Positions 1 to 10,307 of a stretch of 64,000 bases of DNA are shown here, in pieces. Under the pieces are notes generated by a model. That model saw only the letters and a list, made by a program, of their open reading frames with translations. It was not told the origin of the DNA and did not search any database. The stretch comes from Thermodesulfobacteriota bacterium. GTDB lineage: Bacteria; Desulfobacterota_D; UBA1144; Nemesobacterales; Mycalebacteriaceae. Location: assembly GCA_965198945.1 (NCBI GenBank), contig CBDAQI010000001.1, positions 192,001 to 256,000 on the forward strand. Reading direction: 5' to 3'. Numbering within the stretch: the first letter of the stretch is position 1; each line of letters opens with the position of its first letter. The position numbers and the translations under genes were made by a program.

Positions 1-195
1 ATAAAAGGTTTTATGAAAGTTTCAGGCAAGCGGATGAGAATGCTTGTCCAGGGAGTGGGCGGGAGATTTGACACATATTTTGACAGACCCTGGCGCGAAG
101 ACGAAACTGCGCGAACCCGTCTGGTTTTTATAGGAAGAAATCTTTCTCCTTTAAATCTCGGTGAAGTTGTGGAAAAAAATCTGGCGCGCATCTGA
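1..195 (+). CDS. cobW: CobW cobalamin biosynthesis GTPase, C-terminal part (truncated by window edge)
   Basis: RMLVQGVGGRFDTYFDRPW...TRLVFIG is the CobW C-terminus; directly upstream of cobN. Confidence 0.85.
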   Translation: MKGFMKVSGKRMRMLVQGVGGRFDTYFDRPWREDETARTRLVFIGRNLSPLNLGEVVEKNLARI

Positions 196-213
196 TTTTT
201 GTTTTTATAAAAA

Positions 214-3200
214 ATGCACCTCATAGCGACCATACCGGGAGGGTGGAATCCCGGAGATGACGGGGTTTTTTTCATAGACCAGACTCCCGGGGATATTGTT
301 TTTCTGTCCGCGGCTGACAGCGATATTTTCTGTCTTAATTCGGCATACAGGAAAATTTGTTCCAAGGCGGAAACCGCCCCTTCCTTGCGGATGGCAAACC
401 TTTCATATCTTAAACGTGAGCTTTCCGTGGACGAATACGTTGACTCTGTGGTTAGTTCCTCACGTCTTATAGTTGCGAGGATGCTCGGAGGAAAAAATTA
501 TTATCCGTATCTCTGTGATTCCCTCGCCGCCGAGTGTGGAAAAAATAAAACTCCGCTGATTTTTCTGCCCGGAGATGACAGCGCTGATATTGAACTTATG
601 TCTCTGTCGACTGTCAACCGGAGTGTTTTGAAAAAATCCCTGGATTATTTTTCCTCGGGAGGGACGGGGAATTATGAAAACTTTCTGAAATTTATCCTGA
701 ATTATTTTTTCGGCTTTTCCTTTACGGTGAAAAATCCCGAAAAAATGCCTGATATTTTTCTGAGAGATATTTCAAAGGAAAATTCTCCTGATGGGAAAGT
801 CCTTGCAAAAGCGGCGATTCTCGCATACAGAAGCCATTTTCTGTCAGGCAATATTTTCCCCATTGAAAAATTTGCCGAAAAGCTCCGTCTGTGCGGTTTT
901 GACCCCAAAGTGGTTTTTGTAAAAAGCCTGAGGGAATCCGGAGACATTGCCGCGCTGTCGGAATTTTTTCCGGACGGCGAATTTGATTTGATATTCAACA
1001 CCACGAGTTTTTCCATCAAAAGCGGGTTTGATGACGGAGATTTTATTTTTGAAAAATTGAAAATACCGGTTTTTCAGACAATTTTCGCCTCGTGCACACG
1101 CGAAATATGGAGTGAAAATCTTTTCGGACTTTCCCCGACTGATGTGGCGATAAACATATCTCTTCCGGAAATGGACGGGAAGATTGACGCCGGTCCGGTT
1201 TCTTTCAAAAATGTTGAAAAAAAAGACCCCCGGACTGACTCTGAAATAGTGAGGTATTTTCCATATGAGGAGGGCTGTGAGCGCGCCGCTCTTCTCGGAC
1301 GGCGGTGGTTTGACCTTTCCCGCAAGAAAAATTCCGAGAAGAAAATAGCGGTGATAATGCCCAATTATCCGTCCCGGGACGGCAGGCTTGCAAACGGCGT
1401 TGGTCTGGACACCCCGGAGAGCTGCGTCCGGATTCTCAAAAATCTAGACGCTTCGGGATACGAGCTCGGAGAAAACTTTCCGCGTTCAGGGGCGGAACTG
1501 ATAGAAATTCTGTCTCAGAGGATTACAAACGACCCGGATTTTATGGATGTGAGGGATTGTGAGGCTTTTCTTCCTTTCGGACGGTTTTCAGAATATTTCC
1601 AAAAACTTTCCGAACAGGTGCGGGCCCGTCTCCGTGCGCATTGGGGAAACCCCGAAGACGACGCGCATATAAGAGACGGGGCTTTTCCGTTGCCCGGTGT
1701 TTTGTTCGGCAATGTATTTGTTTCAATACAGCCCGAACGCGGATACGGGCAGGATGCAAAAGCGGTTTACCATTCGCCTGATATTCCGCCTCCTTTCCGC
1801 TACCTTGCTTTCTATTTCTGGCTCTCGCACGGCTTTCGCGCAGATGCCGTTATCCATCTAGGAAAGCACGGCAATCTTGAGTGGCTGCCGGGCAAAAGCG
1901 TTGCTCTTGACCCCGCAACCTGCTTTCCGGAAGCGCTTTTTCCGCCGGTTCCTCATCTCTATCCTTTCATAGTGAACGATCCCGGTGAAGGGTCTCAGGC
2001 GAAAAGACGCTCGCACGCCGTGATTATAGACCATCTTGTCCCGCCATTGACACGCGCCGAGGGTTATGGGGACTATTTGCAGCTTGAACAACTTATGGAT
2101 GAATACTATCAGGCTTGGGGGCTTGATCCGCCCAGGGCGGATTTTCTCAAAGGCAAGATACACCAAATGGCGGCTGAAAACCGTTTGTATGAAGACCTCA
2201 ACTGTTCCCCTGATGACCCTGATGCGATTCTGTCTTGCCTGGATTCCTACCTGTGTGAGATAAAGGAGTCTCAAATACGCGGCGGTCTTCACATATTGGG
2301 GCGGTGTCCGGAAGGGGAAGCGCTTGCAGACCTTGTGGTCGCTCTTCACAGAGTTCCCCGGCCGGGGCGGGTGGGAATAACACAGTCTCTCGCGGAAGAT
2401 ATGGGGCTCGGTTTTGATCCTCTTGACTGCGATTATGGCGGGCGGTTCGGAGCGGCCGTTGCGGGCAGGGAGTGCAGAACCGTGGGCGCGGCGGTTGAAG
2501 CCATTGAGCTGATGGCGAAGAAAGACACGTTGCGCGCTGTTGAAACCGGTTCTTTAGAACACATTGATGAAGGACGGTTTCCAAAGTTTCTCTCCGTTCT
2601 AAAGACCGCGCTTTCAGTTACGGTTCCGAGTTTAATACGCTGCTCTGATGAAATTGAAAACCTGCTTGCCGGTCTGGAGGGGCGTTATGTTCCGTCCGGT
2701 CCTTCGGGAGCTCCGACAAGGGGCAGACCCGAAATTCTTCCCACCGGCAGGAACTTTCATTCAATTGACACGAGAGGGCTGCCGACACCTTCCGCATATG
2801 CGCTCGGAGTCAAAAGCGCTTCGGCCCTTATTGAAAGACATCTTCAGGAAAACGGCGCTTATCCGGACACGGTCGGCATTTCGGTTTGGGGAACATCAAC
2901 AATGCGTACCGGGGGAGATGACATTGCGCAGGCTTTTGCGCTTCTGGGTTTGCGTCCCGTCTGGCGCGGGGAGAGCGGAAGGGTTGCGGATTTTGAAGTT
3001 CTTTCACTCGCAGAACTGAAGAGACCGAGGGTGGATGTCGTGCTGCGCATATCGGGTTTTTTCAGAGACGCTTTTCCGGATCTCATATCGCTCTTTAACT
3101 CCGCAGTTGAAAAAGTGGCGCTGATGGATGATGAACCGGACGACCTCAACCCCGTCAAAAGACTTTACATGCGCGAGAAATCTGAGTTGATGAGAACCGG

Positions 3201-3945
3201 GACTGAAGAAGAGACCGCCCGAAGACTTTCTCTCTACAGAGTTTTCGGGTCAAAGCCCGGCTCTTACGGGGCGGGGCTCCAATCGGCGATAGATTCAAAA
3301 AACTGGAGCGGACATGAAGACCTTGCGGCCATATATCTAAACTGGAGCGGATACGCCTACGGTAAAGACGGACCCTCCGCCGCGCCGGACGCTTTTCGCC
3401 GCCGCCTTGTCCTCATGGACATTGTTGTCCAGAATCAGGACAACCGCGAGCACGATATTCTGGATTCCGATGACTATTATCAGTTTCACGGCGGCATGGC
3501 CAACGCCGTGCGTGTGGAAAGGGGAAGCATGCCCGCGGTCTATTTCGGTGACAACTCAAGGCCCGAAAATCCAAAAGTCAAAACATTGAAGGAGGAGATT
3601 TTGAAGGTTTACCGCTCGCGCGTTGTAAATCCGAAATGGATTGAGGGCATGAGGCGGCACGGATACAAGGGCGCTTTTGAGATTGCGGCAACGGTGGACT
3701 ATCTGTTCGGTTATGACGCCACCACGGGGGTTGTGGAGGATTTTGTTTACGAAGGTGTGGCGCAGGCGTATCTTTTTGATGAAGGTAATTTAGAGTTTCT
3801 CAAAACAAGCAACCCGCGGGCTGCGGCTGAGATGGCCGAAAGGATGCTTGAAGCGGCGCAGCGCGGCCTCTGGAAAAACCCCGCCTCGGAGACCGTTGAA
3901 AAGCTGAAAAAGGTTTTCACCGAAGCCGAAGCGGTTACGGAATGA
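214..3945 (+). CDS. cobN: Cobaltochelatase subunit CobN
   Basis: 1243 aa; NGVGLDTP, HLGKHGNLEWLPGK, LPTGRNF, DSDDYYQFHGG, NPKWIEGMRRHGYKGA motifs. Confidence 0.97.
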   Translation: MHLIATIPGGWNPGDDGVFFIDQTPGDIVFLSAADSDIFCLNSAYRKICSKAETAPSLRMANLSYLKRELSVDEYVDSVVSSSRLIVARMLGGKNYYPYLCDSLAAECGKNKTPLIFLPGDDSADIELMSLSTVNRSVLKKSLDYFSSGGTGNYENFLKFILNYFFGFSFTVKNPEKMPDIFLRDISKENSPDGKVLAKAAILAYRSHFLSGNIFPIEKFAEKLRLCGFDPKVVFVKSLRESGDIAALSEFFPDGEFDLIFNTTSFSIKSGFDDGDFIFEKLKIPVFQTIFASCTREIWSENLFGLSPTDVAINISLPEMDGKIDAGPVSFKNVEKKDPRTDSEIVRYFPYEEGCERAALLGRRWFDLSRKKNSEKKIAVIMPNYPSRDGRLANGVGLDTPESCVRILKNLDASGYELGENFPRSGAELIEILSQRITNDPDFMDVRDCEAFLPFGRFSEYFQKLSEQVRARLRAHWGNPEDDAHIRDGAFPLPGVLFGNVFVSIQPERGYGQDAKAVYHSPDIPPPFRYLAFYFWLSHGFRADAVIHLGKHGNLEWLPGKSVALDPATCFPEALFPPVPHLYPFIVNDPGEGSQAKRRSHAVIIDHLVPPLTRAEGYGDYLQLEQLMDEYYQAWGLDPPRADFLKGKIHQMAAENRLYEDLNCSPDDPDAILSCLDSYLCEIKESQIRGGLHILGRCPEGEALADLVVALHRVPRPGRVGITQSLAEDMGLGFDPLDCDYGGRFGAAVAGRECRTVGAAVEAIELMAKKDTLRAVETGSLEHIDEGRFPKFLSVLKTALSVTVPSLIRCSDEIENLLAGLEGRYVPSGPSGAPTRGRPEILPTGRNFHSIDTRGLPTPSAYALGVKSASALIERHLQENGAYPDTVGISVWGTSTMRTGGDDIAQAFALLGLRPVWRGESGRVADFEVLSLAELKRPRVDVVLRISGFFRDAFPDLISLFNSAVEKVALMDDEPDDLNPVKRLYMREKSELMRTGTEEETARRLSLYRVFGSKPGSYGAGLQSAIDSKNWSGHEDLAAIYLNWSGYAYGKDGPSAAPDAFRRRLVLMDIVVQNQDNREHDILDSDDYYQFHGGMANAVRVERGSMPAVYFGDNSRPENPKVKTLKEEILKVYRSRVVNPKWIEGMRRHGYKGAFEIAATVDYLFGYDATTGVVEDFVYEGVAQAYLFDEGNLEFLKTSNPRAAAEMAERMLEAAQRGLWKNPASETVEKLKKVFTEAEAVTE

Positions 3946-4009
3946 AAAGTCCGCCGTTTTCAAATTCTTTCAATTGCTGTTAGGATGAAGCCCGAAGGGC
4001 AAGCGTCTT

Positions 4010-5017
4010 ATGAATATAGCGGTTATCGGATACGGATACTGGGGTCCCAATATGGCGCGTAATTTTGCGTCTTTTGACGGGACGGAGCTGAAATATGTCT
4101 GTGATTCCCGTCCGGGGGTCTTGGAAAAAGCCCGCAGAAATCACCCGTTTGTTTCCGTTACGGAAAACTTTGACGACATTCTAAAAGACGGTTCGGTTGA
4201 TGCCGTGTGCATTACCACACCGGCCGCGACGCATGCGGAGCTTTCTCTGAAGGCTCTCAGCTCCGGCAGGCACGTTCTTGTTGAAAAACCGATGGCCATG
4301 AGTTCCGCAGAATGCGCGGAAATGGCCGAAGAGGCCGAAAAGCGCAGTCTCACCCTGATGGTTGACCACACTTTTGCCTACTCAGGCGCGGTTCGTAAAC
4401 TGGCGGAAATTTCATCGGACGGGTCGCTGGGAAATCTGTATTACTTTGATTCCGTACGAATCAATCTGGGCATTGTTCAGTCCGATGTGAATGTTCTTTG
4501 GGATTTGGCTGTTCATGACCTTTCAATACTCTTTCAAGTCAGTGATGAATGCCCGTTTGCGGTCTCCGCATCCGGGGTTTCACACATTGAGAGCAAGCCC
4601 GTTGACACGGCATACCTGACACTGCATTACAACTCGTCTTTTATCGCGCATGTTCATGTGAGTTGGCTTGCGCCCGTGAAGATCCGGCACACAACGGTTG
4701 CCGGAGACATAAAAATGGCAATATACGATGACACCCAGTCGGTGGAGAAACTGAAGGTCTACGACATGGGAATTGATACGAATTCTTCAGGTGAAAAAGA
4801 TAAAAACAGGCTTCTTGTTGAATACCGCGCCGGTGACATCCATTCTCCGAAACTTGATTCTTCCGAGCCGCTTTCCCTTGTTACGCAGGAGTTTTACAAC
4901 TCCGTTTGTAGTGGCAGAAAACCGCTGACGGATTCGGAAGCCGGAATGCGGATTGTCCGAATCCTTGAGGCCGCCGACATGTCAATAAAAAGAGACGGGG
5001 AGAGGGTTTTACTCTGA
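4010..5017 (+). CDS. Gfo/Idh/MocA family oxidoreductase (nucleotide-sugar dehydrogenase)
   Basis: GYGYWG Rossmann motif, VEKP, DLAVHD; adjacent to a DegT aminotransferase. Confidence 0.9.
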   Translation: MNIAVIGYGYWGPNMARNFASFDGTELKYVCDSRPGVLEKARRNHPFVSVTENFDDILKDGSVDAVCITTPAATHAELSLKALSSGRHVLVEKPMAMSSAECAEMAEEAEKRSLTLMVDHTFAYSGAVRKLAEISSDGSLGNLYYFDSVRINLGIVQSDVNVLWDLAVHDLSILFQVSDECPFAVSASGVSHIESKPVDTAYLTLHYNSSFIAHVHVSWLAPVKIRHTTVAGDIKMAIYDDTQSVEKLKVYDMGIDTNSSGEKDKNRLLVEYRAGDIHSPKLDSSEPLSLVTQEFYNSVCSGRKPLTDSEAGMRIVRILEAADMSIKRDGERVLL

Positions 5018-6132
5018 AAAACAAAATCGTAAAAGGTGTTCCTTTTCTTGACCTTGCGGCGCAGCACCGTCCCATTGAGGGCGAGATAAAACGTGCTCTG
5101 GGCGGAGTTGTGGATTCCGGTTCATTTATTCTGGGGCCTGAAGTTGCTGCTTTTGAGGAAAGATTTGCCGCCTTTACCGACACGCGCCATGCCGTTTGCG
5201 TCAACAGTGGAACAAGCGCTCTACATCTTGCGCTTCTTGCCGCCGGGATCAGCCCGGGCGATGAGGTTATTGTTCCCGCGATGACTTTTATAGCAACCGC
5301 GATGGCGGCGACATATATCGGTGCAAAACCGGTTTGTGTTGATGTTGACAAATTCTGCACGATGGATGCGGAAACCCTTAAGGCCGCGATTACTCCAAAA
5401 ACGAAAGCCATAATGCCCGTTCACCTTTACGGACAGCCGGCTGATATGGACTCAATAACAAAAATTGCGGATGAACATGGAATAGCCGTCATTGAAGACG
5501 CGGCCCAGGCTCACGGGGCTGTCTATAAAGGTCGCAGGTGCGGAAGTCTCGGACTTGCGGCGGCATGGAGTTTTTATCCGGGAAAAAATCTCGGCGCGCT
5601 AGGTGAGGGTGGGGCGGTTACAACAAACGATTCGGAAATAGCCGAGAAGTGCAGAATCTTGCGCGACTGGGGTCAGCGTTCCAAAGGGGAACATGCTGAA
5701 AAAGGGTTTAACTACAGAATGGACGGTTTTCAGGGCGCCGTGCTCGGCGTTAAACTCGGGTATCTGGAAGATTGGACGGAAATGCGAATATCCGCCGCTC
5801 AAATCTACCATGAAAAGCTTTCGGGCATCAGCGGGGTTGAAATTCCGCCCGAAAGAGACTATGTCCGCTGTGTGTGGCATATTTTTGCGGCAATGGTGGA
5901 AAACAGGGAAAAAGTCGCCGCGGCAATGCGCTCTGCGGACATAGGGGTTTCAATCCACTATCCGAGCGCGGTTCACCTCCATCCGTGTTATAAGGAACTT
6001 GGCTATAAAAAGGGAGATTTTCCCAATGCTGAAGGAATCGCCGCAAATGAACTTTCTCTGCCGATGTTTCCAGGCATAACACGCGAGCAGGTTCAGAAGG
6101 TTGTGGATACACTTTCTGAAGCGGTTAAGTAA
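5014..6132 (+). CDS. DegT/DnrJ/EryC1/StrS PLP-dependent sugar aminotransferase
   Basis: NSGTSALHLAL, EDAAQAHG, SFYPGKNLG; conserved N-terminal VPFLDL lies upstream of the 5110 ORF call, so start placed at in-frame CTG 5014. Confidence 0.92.
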   Translation: MKNKIVKGVPFLDLAAQHRPIEGEIKRALGGVVDSGSFILGPEVAAFEERFAAFTDTRHAVCVNSGTSALHLALLAAGISPGDEVIVPAMTFIATAMAATYIGAKPVCVDVDKFCTMDAETLKAAITPKTKAIMPVHLYGQPADMDSITKIADEHGIAVIEDAAQAHGAVYKGRRCGSLGLAAAWSFYPGKNLGALGEGGAVTTNDSEIAEKCRILRDWGQRSKGEHAEKGFNYRMDGFQGAVLGVKLGYLEDWTEMRISAAQIYHEKLSGISGVEIPPERDYVRCVWHIFAAMVENREKVAAAMRSADIGVSIHYPSAVHLHPCYKELGYKKGDFPNAEGIAANELSLPMFPGITREQVQKVVDTLSEAVK

Positions 6133-6180
6133 GGAAATGTTCTTAAGGTTTACCGGTTTTTGCGAGGAAAAAGACGGAAG

Positions 6181-7476
6181 ATGTTCAGTCTAAAAACAAA
6201 ATTGAACATCGCAAGAGCTTTTATCACAAAGAACCGCCCGTTTTATATTCAATACTACATTCTTTCGCGGTGTAATCTTAACTGCAGGCAGTGCAACATA
6301 GTTGAGGGAAACTCAGACCTTAAGGATGCCGGGCTTGCGGAAATTGAAAAGATGGCGGAGAACCTGCGGAAAATCGGCGCCGGTGTTGTACTTTTGACCG
6401 GCGGAGAGCCGTTTTTGCGCAAGGATATTCACGAAATCGTTAAAATACTTGTTGACCAGGGTTTGAGTCCGAGGCTTCAAACCGCCGGTTTTCAAACAAC
6501 AAGGAAGCAGTTTGAACTCTGCAGGGAGGCGGGCGCAAACGATATTAATATCAGTCTGGATTCTCTGGTTCCCGAAAAACAGGAATATATAAACGGCGGA
6601 ATACCCAAATCATGGCATCGCGCCATTGAGTGCATTGTGGAATGCAATGAAGTGTTTGATTCGCCCGCCCGTATCTGCGCTTTCGGAACAGTTCTTTCCA
6701 AATTTAATTTTTTTGAAATTCCCGCGATTATTGAACTCGCGACTTACCTGGGCTGGTATGAATCGCTTGTTCCCGTGCACATCACGTCTCACGAAAATCC
6801 GATGAATTTTCGCGGTGTTGACGAGGAATTCAAATTCAATTTTCCCGATGATGGCCAAAAACTTGCGGAACTCAAAGAGACAATTCATAAAATGAAAAAA
6901 GGCGGTCACAACCTTTTTGATTCAAAGGCGTATCTTGATTCCTGTTTTTATTTTCTTGAGCACAACCGTCCGAACTGGCGCAAAAACAATGTTTGCGATT
7001 CACCCAATCTATATTTCGCCGTTCTGCCCAATCTGGACTTCGCCGTTTGTTGCGACCACCGCTATCAGGGCAGAGTAAACACGGCCAGCCGGGATTTTCC
7101 GGAGATTTTCAATTCCGCCGATTTCAGGAAAGAGGTTTTGAAGACGACAAAAGCCTGCGCCGGGTGCAATTTTGGAAGCTACCCTGAGGTGTCGCTTTCG
7201 GTGAGAAATTATGAGGCTTTCCGCGAAAGGGTTGCACATGTTCTTTTTCAGAAGAAAATCCCAGTTCCGAAAAGGAGCTTGAAGGAAGTTTATCAGTTTA
7301 TTGAGCACCTGAGAGAGGAACACGCGATTCCCGCTTACAAGTCGGTAAAGAAACCGAAACCGGGAGCGTTTTCCCAACGTTACGGTGACCCCGAATACAA
7401 ATCGCGTGGCTTCCAGACTGACAGAATAAAGCCTGTCTGGCGTGATGTAGTTTTAAAAAAAAGACTCAAAAAATGA
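6181..7476 (+). CDS. Radical SAM protein with C-terminal SPASM/twitch-like Cys cluster
   Basis: CNLNCRQC (CX3CX2C), TGGEP, ISLDS; C-terminal VCD...VCCD...CAGC. Confidence 0.9.
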   Translation: MFSLKTKLNIARAFITKNRPFYIQYYILSRCNLNCRQCNIVEGNSDLKDAGLAEIEKMAENLRKIGAGVVLLTGGEPFLRKDIHEIVKILVDQGLSPRLQTAGFQTTRKQFELCREAGANDINISLDSLVPEKQEYINGGIPKSWHRAIECIVECNEVFDSPARICAFGTVLSKFNFFEIPAIIELATYLGWYESLVPVHITSHENPMNFRGVDEEFKFNFPDDGQKLAELKETIHKMKKGGHNLFDSKAYLDSCFYFLEHNRPNWRKNNVCDSPNLYFAVLPNLDFAVCCDHRYQGRVNTASRDFPEIFNSADFRKEVLKTTKACAGCNFGSYPEVSLSVRNYEAFRERVAHVLFQKKIPVPKRSLKEVYQFIEHLREEHAIPAYKSVKKPKPGAFSQRYGDPEYKSRGFQTDRIKPVWRDVVLKKRLKK

Positions 7477-7488
7477 TACTCTCAGTTT

Positions 7489-8211
7489 CTATTTGACGGC
7501 GATGGCTACCACATTCCAGCAGTAGCGTCTCAGGAAAGGAAATGATTTCAAAATCCAATTGTCAACCCTTTCCAATTTTTTGTATGTGGGCTCAATTTCC
7601 CTGTGATGAGTGACAACTCTTTTCCAATAACGGTCCGAATTGGGATGAATGCGGTCAACAAGAAAAAATTTGAGAAATATCCACAGTGAAAACAGCCAAG
7701 TCATTTTGAATTCAACCTTTGAGAACATATTTTCAAACAACTCAAGGTCTTCTATTGTTAACGGATGCTCGTCCTCCGTTCTCACTTTTGTTGCCATACT
7801 TCTGTATATGTTAATTGCTGGGTTGTGAGCCAGAGGATCCCAACTGGCGAATGTTCCGCCCGGCTTCAATACGCGGCTGCATTCTTTCAGGGTCTTTTCA
7901 ATGTCAACATGGTGAAGCAGATTTGCGGCGTAGACGATATCAAAACATTCATCTTCAGACGGAATTCGGTCGGCTGAAAATTTTAGCGTTTCTATGGAAA
8001 CACTGTGCTTTTCCGCTAGGTTGAGAGCGACTTTCAGCATCCCTTCGGATAAGTCTCCCGCTACGACGCTCGCTCCTTGCTTCGCCAAATAAACTGACGC
8101 CTCGCCCGCCCCGCAACCGAGCTCCAGAACCCTCTTGCCTTTAAGAGGAGGTAACTGTGAAATGATATGACGGTTTTCGGGGCAGGTGGCTACTTCAAAA
8201 GACTCGTCCAC
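7489..8211 (-). CDS. Class I SAM-dependent methyltransferase (true start uncertain; frame open further upstream)
   Basis: VLELGCGAG, LLHH, RVLKPGG. Confidence 0.85.
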   Translation of the reverse strand: MDESFEVATCPENRHIISQLPPLKGKRVLELGCGAGEASVYLAKQGASVVAGDLSEGMLKVALNLAEKHSVSIETLKFSADRIPSEDECFDIVYAANLLHHVDIEKTLKECSRVLKPGGTFASWDPLAHNPAINIYRSMATKVRTEDEHPLTIEDLELFENMFSKVEFKMTWLFSLWIFLKFFLVDRIHPNSDRYWKRVVTHHREIEPTYKKLERVDNWILKSFPFLRRYCWNVVAIAVK

Positions 8212-8248
8212 GAGGACTTCATCCAGATTTATTTGATTTGCCCAGTCG

Positions 8249-9256
8249 TCATGGAATTTTTCTTCTTTTTTCCGAATCCCTGAATCGTGTATTTTCGGTG
8301 CCCTCCAAATTATGGGTTTTGGTGGTTATGTAAAGCGGTCTTTTCTTTGCCTCTTCAAAAATTCTTCCAACGTATTCGCCAATTACGCCGAGAATTAAAA
8401 TCTGCACGCCGCTTAATGTTATTATTGAAATCAGCAGAGTTGTCAGTCCCGGAACGACTTTGTCAGTGAACAGATTCAGATATAAAATATACAACGCACC
8501 GGCAGACCCGAGAAATAAAAGAACAATTCCGATATAAGTCGCAACTTTAAGTGGAAAAGAAGAAAAGGAGAATATGGCATCCAGAGCAAAACTCAGCATT
8601 TTCCTGAAAGGATACTTTGTTTCCCCCGCGTAACGTTCCTCCCTATCGTAATCAAATGCCTCACTTTTGAAGCCGACCCACGGAACAAGACCGCGCATAA
8701 AACGGTGATTTTCACCCAAGCTTTGAACCGCCTGGACAACCTTTTTATTCATAACTCTGAAATCTCCGGTGTTCTCAGGAATATTCACTCGGCACAGCAG
8801 ACGGATCAAAAAATAAAACAGTTTTGCCGTCAGCCGTTTGAAAAGAGTTTCTCCAGCTCTTTGTTTCCGCCGTCCGTAAACAATGTCATTTCCGGCTTTG
8901 AGCCTTTCAACCATATGGATAATTAACTCCGGGGGGTCCTGAAGGTCTGAGTCCATAATTGCCACAAAGTCCGCCGAGGAGTAGTCCAAGCCGGCAGTAA
9001 GAGCCATCTGGTGGCCGAAGTTCCGGCTCAGGTGAACAACTTTTATCCATGAAAATCCTTCTTCCCCGGAATACAGCCCAAGTTTTTCCGTCGTTCCGTC
9101 AAAAGAGCCGTCATTTGCAAAAATTACACTTACATCAACGGCGGGTTTGAAGTTATTCCGAACCTTCTGAAGACGGCTGATCAGTTCGTCAACACACTCT
9201 TCTTCGTTGTAGATAGGAATGATTATGTCAAGGCTTTTTTCTTCTGGTTGTGGCAT
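8249..9256 (-). CDS. GT2 polyprenol-phosphate glycosyltransferase (GtrB/YkoT-like)
   Basis: IIPIYNEE, NDGSFD, SRNFGHQ, MDSDLQDPPE, GDFR, two C-terminal TM helices, GEYVGRIFEEAKKRP. Confidence 0.92.
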   Translation of the reverse strand: MPQPEEKSLDIIIPIYNEEECVDELISRLQKVRNNFKPAVDVSVIFANDGSFDGTTEKLGLYSGEEGFSWIKVVHLSRNFGHQMALTAGLDYSSADFVAIMDSDLQDPPELIIHMVERLKAGNDIVYGRRKQRAGETLFKRLTAKLFYFLIRLLCRVNIPENTGDFRVMNKKVVQAVQSLGENHRFMRGLVPWVGFKSEAFDYDREERYAGETKYPFRKMLSFALDAIFSFSSFPLKVATYIGIVLLFLGSAGALYILYLNLFTDKVVPGLTTLLISIITLSGVQILILGVIGEYVGRIFEEAKKRPLYITTKTHNLEGTENTRFRDSEKRRKIP

Positions 9257-9377
9257 TCTTAACTTTTTCTCCTTTGCGGTTGCATCTGCGGAATTGCTGA
9301 CGCCTGCGAACAAAACAATACAGACCTCAGGTGCCGCTTACAAATATCCGAAGCCCCAACCCACTCTCTTAAGAGAG

Positions 9378-10307
9378 TTAATTCCCGTCCGTTCTTTTTC
9401 GTCCGTAACATGCGTTAATGGTTGCCCCACCTTTTTTAGAAAAGGCGTCCGCAAGCGTTCCAAAAGCGGCAAGGGGAAAGAGAATGACCGCCAGTATAAG
9501 ATTCCATGTGTCAAGCATTTTGAGTTTGTTCCCGGTCAAGCCGAAAGTCCACCCTCTTTTTTTGCGATAATACAGGTAGTTGTGCCGTCTGTTGAAAAAA
9601 TTCAGCAAACCTTGAAGCCAGCAAAAGCCCGAATATGGAAACGAGAAGCTCATCTTTTCAGCTCGGAAGCCCATCTTCGCCATATACAGATTCAATGATT
9701 TGACGGAAAATTGCTGCAGGTGGTTTGCAACATCAAAGTAAGGGTATCTTTCACCAAATATTCCGTAGGCGAAAGAGTTTTCATTTGGAACCGAGATAAC
9801 GACCTTTCCGTCTGGGTTCAATTTTTTGAAAATTTCCGGCATCTCTTTTTTCAGAAAATCACGGCTGAAATGTTCAAGCGTGTGCCATATAGTTATCGCC
9901 GAGTATCCCGACCCCAGATCCGCAATATCTGCAACAACCCGCACACCGAGCTCTTTGATGGCAAATTCGACGCATTCGGGGGTGATTTCCAAACCTTCGG
10001 CTTTTAGAAAGTCAGCTTTTACCCTAAACAGAAATCCTCCGCTTCCGGCTCCTATATCCAGTAGTTTTTCACGCTCATTAACGTTGCTTAATAAAAAATT
10101 GCGTTTGTATTCCGACAGAGCGGAGGTTTTTGCCGCTTTTTGGGAATCAAGATTTTCATTGATGATTTTTCCGCTTTTCCCCTCATCTTTCAAAACGGCA
10201 TGACCGCAGGATTGACACTTCAGATAGTCGGTCGTAACTCCTTTCCCGAGGATTCCGCCACAAATAAAGCAGTTTTGGTTAACGAAAGTTTTCAAAAAGT
10301 TTACCAA
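9378..10307 (-). CDS. SAM-dependent methyltransferase with N-terminal CxxC zinc-binding pair
   Basis: CFICG...CQSCG, LLDIGAGSG, WHTLEH, ISVPN. Confidence 0.85.
   Translation of the reverse strand: MVNFLKTFVNQNCFICGGILGKGVTTDYLKCQSCGHAVLKDEGKSGKIINENLDSQKAAKTSALSEYKRNFLLSNVNEREKLLDIGAGSGGFLFRVKADFLKAEGLEITPECVEFAIKELGVRVVADIADLGSGYSAITIWHTLEHFSRDFLKKEMPEIFKKLNPDGKVVISVPNENSFAYGIFGERYPYFDVANHLQQFSVKSLNLYMAKMGFRAEKMSFSFPYSGFCWLQGLLNFFNRRHNYLYYRKKRGWTFGLTGNKLKMLDTWNLILAVILFPLAAFGTLADAFSKKGGATINACYGRKRTDGN

Noticed and set aside
1..4009. Cobalamin riboswitch
   Set aside because: The intergenic gaps here (18 and 64 nt) are too short; the operon start lies outside the window.
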